NCBI GenBank assembly: GCA_965120345.2
Contig: CBCPNL020000968.1
Location: forward strand, 22,707-32,000
DNA length: 9,294 bases
From: Rotaria magnacalcarata
Lineage: Eukaryota
Reading direction: 5' to 3'
Part shown: piece by piece, positions 1-7,765 of the stretch
How positions within the stretch are numbered: position 1 is the stretch's first letter
Layout: each line of letters opens with the position of its first letter
Position numbers and translations under genes: made by a program
Notes under the pieces: generated by a model
Databases searched by the model: none
The model's input: the letters and a program-made list of their open reading frames with translations, nothing else
What the model was told of the DNA's origin: nothing

Positions 1-7
1 TGAAATC

Positions 8-73
8 CAGACAAGATTCTTTTTACTTTCCTGTCGAAAATAATCTTGTCTGAATACAGGAATCTTGTCTGAA
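8..73. repeat. Short inverted plus direct repeat cluster (AATCTTGTCTGAA)
   Basis: AATCTTGTCTGAA occurs twice in direct orientation (42-54 and 61-73). Its complement CAGACAAGATT is at 8-18. The cluster lies at the window edge, so its context is incomplete. Confidence 0.5.
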
Positions 74-180
74 AGTAAAGAAAAACAAGAACCTGGAAAG
101 AATAGGGCAAGATCGTCGATTAGTGTATATGATTTCAATTCGAGAATGGCTGAAGTCTCTACAAACATCTGAATCGATTG
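60..180 (+). CDS. Candidate internal coding exon, unknown product (5' boundary uncertain)
   Basis: The frame is open from 54 to 180, after TGA at 51-53. AG at 58-59 follows a pyrimidine-rich tract (about 18-36) and is a possible acceptor. The exon ends CGATTG|GTATAT, with GT at 181-182. Peptide: ESCLKVKKNKNLERIGQDRRLVYMISIREWLKSLQTSESI. It joins 246-433 in frame. Confidence 0.35.
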
Positions 181-245
181 GTATATAAATACAAATACAA
201 TGATTTTATACGAGAAAATAAACTAATAATGTAATTTTGTTTTAG
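181..245 (+). other. Candidate 65-nt GT-AG intron
   Basis: It starts GTATAT and ends with the pyrimidine tract plus AG, TTTTGTTTTAG (235-245). A length of 65 nt is typical of short insect introns. Removing it keeps the reading frame open across the junction. Confidence 0.35.
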
Positions 246-433
246 TTCAACATGTGGCTATTTTTGAACAAGATCTTTGTCAATTGGTCAAAGAATTAAA
301 AGAATTAACTTTTCTCAATATTTACGGTAAAATTCACTATGAAAAAGTTGAAGCTTATCGGTCAATGATTCAAATTCGCTTTCCTGATAGTCGAGTAGAT
401 GTTGAAATGTCAAGATTTCGTCTTTGGCTTTAA
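246..433 (+). CDS. Candidate terminal coding exon, unknown product, stop TAA at 431-433
   Basis: The split codon G(180)+TT(246-247) encodes Val. The peptide then reads QHVAIFEQDLCQLVKELKELTFLNIYGKIHYEKVEAYRSMIQIRFPDSRVDVEMSRFRLWL, followed by the stop. It has a mixed charged and hydrophobic composition, unlike the low-complexity spurious ORFs elsewhere. Possible poly(A) signals are ATTAAA at 464-469 and AATAAA at 628-633. I do not recognise a protein family. Confidence 0.4.
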
Positions 434-872
434 TTTTCTGTTCGTTATATGCAGCAGTTGTGCATTAAAGACAATTATCATAAAAGTAATTTTTTAATTT
501 CTTTTTTTTTCTGCTTGTCTTTAATGTGAAAAATCGTAAATTATTCATATTCAATAATGAAATATTGACATCGCTTTCTAAACAATATTTTGTTATTCGT
601 TGGAAAATTCATTGAAAATCAAACGAAAATAAAGTTAACATCAATCTATTTTCTCTTTATATAATAGCTTCTTGTAGTTTTGCATAATGTCTAATTCTTT
701 GGCCTGGGAAGTATAAAAAACTGACCTTTCTACCCGTAAAAAGCACACATTTTGACATATTAAGATACCTTGTCTACTTTCGCAAAGCTAGTGAGTAAAC
801 CCTTTCTTGTTTATAAACTTGCTTTTTTCTTCAAAAATATGAAAAATTTTAGTGTGTAAATCTAGGTGAATG

Positions 873-1055
873 AACCCGACACCGAATCCTATTGGATCTT
901 GTAGGATCCTACCATCCGACAGAATCCGATGAGATTCCGGTTTGAGGATTGAGTGTCAGATTCCTACGAAATTCCTATGATATCCGACTATCGGAACCGA
1001 CCAACTTCCGGCAATCAGGTTGCGATGGGTTTCATATAAGATCCCACGAAACTCT
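873..1055. repeat. CpG-rich word repeat block A (GAATCC / ATCCGA / TTCCGG words)
   Basis: The block is a dense run of related hexamer words: GAATCC, GGATCC, ATCCGA, GATTCCGG, GGAACCGA, CTTCCGG. It shares three exact 11-mers with block B. CGGAACCGACC is at 992-1002 versus 4060-4070 and 4251-4261. ACTATCGGAAC is at 987-997 versus 4278-4288. CCAACTTCCGG at 1001-1011 matches 4155-4165 in inverted orientation. Confidence 0.55.
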
Positions 1056-1285
1056 TTAGATGTGCTATAAATCATGTATGTTATTCTATGGCATCCTATT
1101 GAAGCAACATTAGCATTCATCTCAAAAGATTTACGAAAACCTGTCGTTGAAATCCTCCATATTCTTTACGAAGTTTCAAACAATCTATATTCGATAATTT
1201 TCACGAACAACAGGTTGAGCTAAAAATCTATTTTCACAAATACTAAAATATGATATTATATTATCAACAAATGAAGATGAAGATG

Positions 1286-2074
1286 CAGTGGCGTAGCCAG
1301 GATTTTTTAAGTAGGCGGCAATTCACCAGCTAAATTATTTATAATGAGTAGCAATAGTGGGCAATTATAAAATCTAGGGGCAATAATTAAAAAAACTTAT
1401 GCGCATTACAGAAGCCGTTGTGTACTTAAAGATAAATCAGTTTTAGTCACCCTACGTTAACAGATGAATTCGCTGCTTTTCCCCCGTGTTTCGTAAATCT
1501 ATTTTTCAATGTCATATATTTGAACTAATGTAGTACTTTTAATGTCTGAAATAAGTTGTGAAAACGTTTTCAAAACACTGTCATTTACACAATCAATTTC
1601 ATTTAAATTTTCTATATAATTTGCTCACGTTTTCAATTATACATTGCACGAATCATTTTGCAACATACGTTGCGAAAATTTTTAATTTAGATTGATTCAG
1701 TCGTTTCTGTATCACACGAATTATGTTGGTAGAAATAGAAAGTTTGTTGAACATTTATCCACCTTTATTTTTAGCAAATTTGAGTGTATAAGAGATAGAG
1801 AGTATTTTGCCAGTAAATATCAATGAATTATTATTATTACGGTGATCATTCTTTAACTAGAAGACATTGAAGATCGATTTTTGTAAATCACTTGATTAAA
1901 TCTCGCCACGAGCAAATGTGTTGAAAGAAAACAGTCCTCAAATCTTTAACTGTACACAAATTTTCGTATTTTTTTTTAAATGGGTAATTGCCTCCACTAA
2001 AAAAGAAATAGGTAGCAATAAAATTTCGTTTGGGTGACAATTGCCCAATTGCTACCCTGCTGGATACGCCACTG
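1286..2074. mobile_element. Non-autonomous hAT-like MITE (789 bp) with TIRs, subterminal GGCAATT motifs and 8-bp TSD
   Basis: The left end is CAGTGGCGTAGCCAG. The reverse complement of the right end is CAGTGGCGTATCCAG, matching at 14 of 15 positions. Flanking direct repeats are TGAAGATG (1278-1285) and TAAAGATG (2075-2082), 7 of 8 identical, consistent with an 8-bp TSD. GGCAATT or GGCAATA lies at 1317-1323, 1360-1366 and 1379-1385. The complement AATTGCC or AATTGCT lies at 1986-1992, 2039-2045 and 2047-2053. The interior has no credible ORF. Confidence 0.75.
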
Positions 2075-2185
2075 TAAAGATGATTTATCACATCCTCCAA
2101 TTGTTGCCTTTCCATCAATAGTCTGTTGCCTGACAAGAAAAATGTGTTCCGAATCACCAACTGACTACATAACATAATGCAGTAC

Positions 2186-2204
2186 CAGTGGCAAAACCTG
2201 GATT
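2186..2204 (+). mobile_element. Possible orphan terminus related to the 1286-2074 MITE
   Basis: CAGTGGCAAAACCTGGATT matches CAGTGGCGTAGCCAGGATT (1286-1304) at 15 of 19 positions. I found no matching inverted partner downstream. Confidence 0.3.
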
Positions 2205-2957
2205 ACATCTCACATCAAAGAAAAAAGTTATAGTAGTAATAGTATAAATTAGGTTCTCTACAAAACTATATAGTTTATTTTTGTCTAAGATGAGTTTCAC
2301 ACGCATGATGTCGCTACGTTACGACTGTCGAACTAGCTTCAAATAGTGCAATGTTTATCGTGATAAAAAAATTGGTCATGGTGCCGTTGTAAATTATGTC
2401 TTTTAGCTGTTTCTAGACAAGTTATGATGTATTTGAGAGATCATCTTTTTTATCAGTTGAGTATTATCCTCGTCATTGTCATTATGATTCGTTTCGTTTA
2501 TCTGATTGTGCAAGCATTTGCATTCGAACATCAGCATTACAACTCATCAACTTTAAGAATTTTTGAACTTCGATCTAATTGATACAACTTTTTCACATTC
2601 GAATCCGATACACTCTAACTGGAACTCCGCATGAGATGTTTCAGTTCTGTCACATCTCTTTTGGGTCCCTGTTACGCATTCTTGTGATTGCTTTTCATTA
2701 ATGATATAGTATCACATTGTCAAGAAGACAGCGTATCTTAGTAATTTTTAAATTATTAAGGACGTACGTAAATAATTGTAAAGAGAAATATTGTAAAAAA
2801 ATAATAGATTAATTTTCATTGTAGATAATTCAACAAGAAGGATTTGTAATAAACCCTCGGTAGCAATTACCACCAAGGTGTTTCAGAAGAACAGATCTGG
2901 TGTTCGTTGAGCACGAGCCTATACAATATAAAACGGTAAAATATTCAAAATAGATGA

Positions 2958-3782
2958 TTATTTAACCTGCAAGTCTGATGTTGGTGACATGTTTTCGTCA
3001 TTTGTTCGATCATTGAGCATTATCATATCATTTTGATACTTATCTTTAGATGATTTCGATAATCGAGGTGTTGAGGTTATTGGTTGAGAAAAGAACGTTA
3101 CAGGGGATGACATTCTCTGACGTAAAAATATTCTTAATTAACCAAGTTTTCTGAAATACACTCACAGAAGAATAGTTAGTAGATTTAGATACATTTAATA
3201 TCTGAGATTGTGTTGGTGTTTTCTTCATTAGAACATCTTTGCTTCTTTTACGTTCATTTAAAAAAGTCTAAGCAAAAGAAAATATTTGGTACAGGTCTAT
3301 GGAAAGTGTTTTGATGTTCACTACATCATTCGATGATTTTATTTTTTTCTGAACTTCGATGATAGTTTGAGTATCATTTTTTTCCGTAAAACTTCTGTAA
3401 TAACTATGATCCGTATATGAATCCTAAATAGCAATAAAAAGAATATTTTTTAATCTTATTGAAAACATTAATGTTAAATTTATTATTTCTGACTCTTTAT
3501 CTAAATGCAGTTCATTCAGATTAAACATAGAATCTGATTGAGGCAATTCATCTATATCATTGATCAAGTTAATTTGAAATTTCTGAATAACTCTTGTTTT
3601 TCTTTTAATAGGTGACAATTTTCGAGTAAGTCGAATGTAACAAGTTTTATGAAGTTCTTCATTAATCAATGATACATCAGGAATGTCACAATTAAAACGG
3701 GATAGATATCCCATCAAAGCTTTTTTTCGCTTTGAATAGAGTTAATTGTAATATAGGCACTCTTCGCAATTGCTTCCGTCAT
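2958..3782 (-). pseudogene. Possible decayed or spliced coding region, unknown product
   Basis: One minus-strand frame runs 3717 to 3046 (224 codons) with only two internal stops, both TAG (3424-3426 and 3268-3270), before TAA at 3046-3048. This frame links supplied ORFs 3424..3717 and 3046..3228. An upstream ATG segment (3782-3714) and a downstream open segment (3137-2958) lie in the other two frames, so each is one frameshift away. The peptides are low-complexity (S/N/K/I-rich) and I recognise no domain. Confidence 0.3.
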
Positions 3783-4036
3783 GTTTACATACCAAGCATT
3801 TTCTTGTCTTATATAGCATTAAAATATATCTTATTTTATTTAATATAATAAATGAATAAGTCAGCTAAAATTAGAAAAATATTACAATACCGAGAACAAT
3901 AAATAGAGTTAAATATTGTTTATATAAACATAAATGCAATTTATGAGAATTTCTTTTTCTATTTGACACTATTGTCATTGTCATCATCCACCATTCCAAG
4001 TCGATAATCCACATCGACACCTTTACGAGTACGCTA

Positions 4037-4400
4037 CCCAAGTCGATGATTCCGGACTCCGGAACCGACCGGAAACGGCAGGAAACGGTGTTATTTCTCG
4101 TTACTTCCGCAGATTTCCAACGACATTCCAACCGGAAACGGACCGGAAAACTATCCGGAAGTTGGAAGCAGTATTCCGTTTGGAAATCACCGTATTGTAA
4201 CCGGAGTATTCCGCACTATTCCCGCCACCGTAACTATTAGGAAAAATTACCGGAACCGACCCGTGATCACACGGAATACTATCGGAACACGCAACCGAAC
4301 TAACGAAATCCGACCGATTCTACCCGAGAAAATTCCGGAAGTTCCAATCTTCTTGAGATCTCTCGCATATTTCCGGACACCACCGCACCTATTCATCCAT
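4037..4400. repeat. CpG-rich CCGGAA / CGGAAC word repeat block B
   Basis: CCGGAA, CGGAAAC, TTCCG and CGGAACCGACC words recur many times. Examples are CCGGAACCGACCGGAAACGG near 4059-4078, AACCGGAAACGGACCGGAAAAC near 4130-4151, and CGGAACCGACC at 4251-4261. A local direct repeat is CCAAGTCGATAATCC (3996-4010) versus CCAAGTCGATGATTCC (4038-4053). The block shares 11-mers with block A at 873-1055. Confidence 0.6.
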
Positions 4401-4639
4401 GACAGTCGCACCACCAAGAAACCAAATTACCAGCCACTTTCACCAATGCCAAAACCCTCCCGCACCGCTTCACAATCATTCACTCAACCATACCACACCC
4501 GAAGCGATTCAGAGCTCACCACCGAAGACTTCAGGTGTATCGGAGACTCCTTCCTAGAAATCAACGCGGAAACACGCTGACAGGTCTTTTTAATCCATTA
4601 CCTACCATTTGAGGTATTTGAAATCAGCATTCATTCGCT

Positions 4640-5270
4640 TTTATCGAAGAGAATCCTTAAAAATCCTTTTCAGCCAATCCCTCGTATGTGACGTTTTTGG
4701 AGTCTTATTGATTTTTTTTTGGAAATAGAAGAATCGTCAAAGGACTTCCTTCGTGAATGGCGAGGAATGAGACTTCAAAATACCTGAAATAAGTGTTATT
4801 GAACAATAAGGATCTTTCTAGACAAAGTGGAATAATCAGAACTGTTAAGTACATGGAATGGAATGTAGTGACTGAAAAAGTCTTTAAGCATCTTTAGCGA
4901 TCGATTGGGAGGAAGGAGAACTTTAAAGAATCTCAAATTTGCGGCATTGAAGAAGAAGGATCTTTAAGGATCCTTTTATATGAAATGCAATGAATAGGAG
5001 TCTGAAATATCTTGAATGGAAGATATTGACTTAGAAGTTATTTTTCAGATGTTTTAATTGAAAACAGTGTGAATGAGATCGTTAAATACCTTTATCGAGA
5101 GTAATTATGCGAGATAGAGCTTTGAATGACTTTACCTTTAAAATGTTAATAATTATACCTCGTTATTCGTAGTAGAGGTGCATTTGATCTATATAATGTT
5201 GAAGTAGATATATTGGGACTACTGTTTGCTGGTGAATAGATAATGGCGAATAAAGAATAGGATGAAAAAT
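4640..5270. repeat. Degenerate minisatellite-like repeat (~40-55 bp units)
   Basis: A degenerate unit of the type GAATGAGATCTTTAAATACCTT recurs. Examples: GAGAATCCTTAAAAATCC (about 4650), GGAATGAGACTTCAAAATACCT (about 4764), AAAAAGTCTTTAAGCATCTT (about 4876), GGAGAACTTTAAAGAATCTC (about 4915), GAAGGATCTTTAAGGATCC (about 4955), ATAGGAGTCTGAAATATCTT (about 4994) and GAATGAGATCGTTAAATACCTT (about 5071). Boundaries are approximate. Confidence 0.45.
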
Positions 5271-6785
5271 ATGTGAATTTCCGGTGTTTTACGGAGTGTC
5301 ATATATGTAGCTGTTAGTGTAAAATACAATGGTGAATTGATCATCAGTAGAACGAATCACTTGAATTTATCTGCGTTAAATTGTCACTATCGAATTTACA
5401 ACACTTAAGCTTGAAACAGTTATGTTCGACAAGAATTTGCTTAGTTGTTACCGTGTGAGATCCTTTTTTCTCTTAATTAGAAAGACTCTAAAATGCCCCA
5501 ATTAATGTTTAATTAGCCAGAAAGAACGTCGAAGATCATGAATCGGCAGTGCAAATTGTTGAAGAGATAAGTAGGAATAATCTCGATGAAAATCAGTAGG
5601 AAAATATATAAGTTTTCTATCTTAAGTGAAGTTGCTTATATAGAGATCTTTCGACTGAACAAATCGGTGATTGAATAGCGTGCACACGGAACGGGACCAT
5701 TTTTTTGAGCATTTCTAATTGTGACTCTTTTTAATGATCGAATCGCTAACATTACAACCTGCGACAAAAAGATACAATACTTTATAGTTTAGTGTGCATT
5801 GCCCAAGATCTTTCACCTAAAACCCATTGAGAAAGAATTTCAATTGCCTCAAGTAAAAGGTATAAGAGGAGAAGAAACAAAAAATACGCTGAATTTTACG
5901 AACTTTGTAATGGTTTTTTCGTCAGTGTGCTCATGTGGTGAACTGCTACGTGAGCATGTAATTAGTTGAATATACACATCGATCATTCGATCGAAGATCT
6001 ATCACCGATGTTTCTTAGAAGAAGATCACATATACTTTAGTCTTTCGGTGTCTATCTATGCGATCAAATGTATTTTTCGATTTAGAGTCAGCTAGGAAGA
6101 AGATATATTAGTGCTTAGCAATAAATATATGAACCTTGTTTTTTTGTGAAAGGGCGTAGATAAACGCACAAGTTGAACCCTCGTTACCGTCGATGTTCGG
6201 AATGGCGAAGTGGGTTAAGAGTTTTTGCTTTACTTTTAGTTATGAATTGGGAAAGATGTTTGTCTATAGCAGTACGTCTAATAAAACTATTTTAATTTTT
6301 TCAAGGAAGAGTCCGATTTCCTAATTAGCAAGTCATATATATGAGTGTAGTAGTCCGCAGTCAACAAATACTAAATAGTAAAACAGCAATTTAAAATGCT
6401 GCGCAAGAAAACAGATTTTCGTTTATTTTGCTTATTTGTTATAGAATGATTTTATAAGCTCTGAGTGAGACACAAATAGGACATTTTAATTATGGAGTCT
6501 TTTGTCATATTTGTTTCCCTATGACTGAGTCTACTCTGAATGTGGGTGTGGAATAAAAATTTTCTCAGGTCAATTCAAATGATTTCAAATTTTTTCAATC
6601 TTTCTTGAAATATTTCGCAAGACCTTTCTTTGAAATTGATTTGGAAGATGTTCAAAATTTTCACATGTAACTCATCTGGTAAGCGGGCAAAGTATTTGCA
6701 GCTGTATTGCCAATGATTTATACCATAATGATGATGGACTGGATACATAGCTACACTCTAGAAAAAAAGGTTTTTTACCGAACCT

Positions 6786-6825
6786 AAAAAGGATCTTCCC
6801 GTGTATCCGCGGGAAGATCCTTTTT
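6786..6825. repeat. Perfect 16-bp stem / 8-nt loop palindrome at inner edge of left TIR
   Basis: AAAAAGGATCTTCCCG (6786-6801) is the exact reverse complement of CGGGAAGATCCTTTTT (6810-6825). The loop is TGTATCCG. Confidence 0.85.
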
Positions 6826-6987
6826 TGTTTCCGCAAAAAAAGGTTTCGCATAAAACCTTTTCAAAACAATTTAAAAAAAGGTTCCGTAGCAATGGTTTCG
6901 TACAAAACCTATCCAAAGTAATTCAGAAAAAGGTTTCGTACAAACTGATTTGCACGAAACCTTCTTCTAATTGTCCACTCCACCAAA

Positions 6988-7248
6988 TTTCATTTAATCT
7001 TCGGGTGCCGGCCGCGGTACGCAGACCATTTCCAGTATTCCTCAAAATCCAAGTATGACATATATTCAAATCAATCAAGCGTAAGTGGACACCGTCTATT
7101 GAGCAATTTTCTTATATCCATGTAAACGGTTACTCTATAGACTATGTGCATTTCCTTTTGATGGATTTGAATATATGTCATTCTTGGGTTTTGAGAAACA
7201 CTGAAAATGGTATGCATACCGCGGTCGGCACTCGAAGATTAAATGAAA
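6988..7248. mobile_element. Nested foldback-type MITE (261 bp) with 85-bp inverted arms
   Basis: Arm 6988-7072 and the reverse complement of arm 7164-7248 match at 76 of 85 positions without gaps. The central spacer is 91 bp. The direct repeat CCAAA flanks both ends (6983-6987 and 7249-7253), consistent with a 5-bp TSD. The element therefore looks like an independent insertion into the 6750-8740 element. Confidence 0.8.
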
Positions 7249-7254
7249 CCAAAC

Positions 7255-7765
7255 GATAATCTTCATAGTTGAAACAATCTATAAACTCGAAATAGAAAAA
7301 AATAAGTATAAGCACTTCACAATTTTAAACTTACCCCTTTATTTCCTCACTTGAATCAACCTACAATTAAAAAAAATGAAAAAATGATGAAGTTTCAAAA
7401 GGGGAAACTTACCAAAACACCGCATCCCAACATCAACCTACAATAACAATATTAACAAATTTAATAAATTCATAAGATCAAGCTTACCTAAAATTCCACA
7501 TATAGATCAACCTAGAAAACAAAAAATTAAACCAATTTATGAGACTTCATAACATCAAACTTACCCCGACATTGCATCTTTCGAGGAATCAATAATTAAG
7601 CTAAACAAATTTGTCTTATTTCCCGAATTGAGTTTACTTAAAATCCTAATATGAGTGAATCTATAACATAAAAAACATATTAATTAATTTTCAACATCTC
7701 AAACTTATCCACGAATTTTACCTGCAGTTGAAATAAAAAAAACTACCTTTACAGCTTTCGACTTA
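7255..7765. repeat. Degenerate ~75-bp tandem array (about 6-7 units) inside the 2-kb element
   Basis: Units begin with AAACTTACC-like words at 7327, 7405, 7480 (AAGCTTACC), 7557, 7632 (GTTTACTT) and 7701 (AAACTTATCC). Spacings are 78, 75, 77, 75 and 69 bp. Each unit also has an ATCAACCTACAA-like core followed by an A-rich tail. A partial unit precedes 7327. Confidence 0.65.

Noticed and set aside
712-797. TATAAAAA at 712-719 is followed by a consensus-like donor, CTA|GTGAGTAA, at 791. I considered this as a possible promoter plus short non-coding first exon.
   Set aside because: TATA-like strings and GTGAGT occur by chance in AT-rich DNA. There is no clear initiator motif, no ORF and no supporting signal, so it cannot be supported without transcript data.
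1888-2175. This is a supplied 95-aa ORF on the minus strand.
   Set aside because: It reads straight through the right TIR and TSD of the hAT-like MITE (2074/2075) into flanking DNA. A coding region spanning a MITE boundary is implausible.
2598-2606. TTCGAATCC resembles a tRNA B-box / T-loop, raising the question of a tRNA gene or tRNA-derived SINE.
   Set aside because: The flanking bases (CACA...GATA) cannot form a T-stem. No acceptor-stem pairing or A-box is visible upstream at the right spacing.
4155-4342. Two CCGGAAGT strings match the ETS core, raising the possibility of functional transcription-factor sites.
   Set aside because: They are simply instances of the CCGGAA word family that builds the whole block. 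There is no independent evidence of regulatory function.
4263-4580. This is a supplied 105-aa ORF on the plus strand with a GTG start.
   Set aside because: Its first third translates the CCGGAA word repeat, and the rest is a compositionally skewed C-rich tract giving a P/T/S/K low-complexity peptide. A non-ATG start is irrelevant for a eukaryotic nuclear gene. The region is kept only as a composition finding.
6130-6215. This is a locally GC-richer patch with a 41-codon open segment on the minus strand (LKVKQKLLTHFAIPNIDGNEGSTCAFIYALSQKNKVHIFIAKH).
   Set aside because: Its length is within chance expectation, no clear splice sites flank it, and I recognise no family.
5460-6335. Several TAATTA / TTAATTAG homeodomain-type cores occur (about 5466, 5500-5515, 5959, 6322), suggesting an enhancer cluster.
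   Set aside because: At this A+T content a 6-bp AT-only word is expected roughly ten times in 9 kb. The observed number is not enriched.
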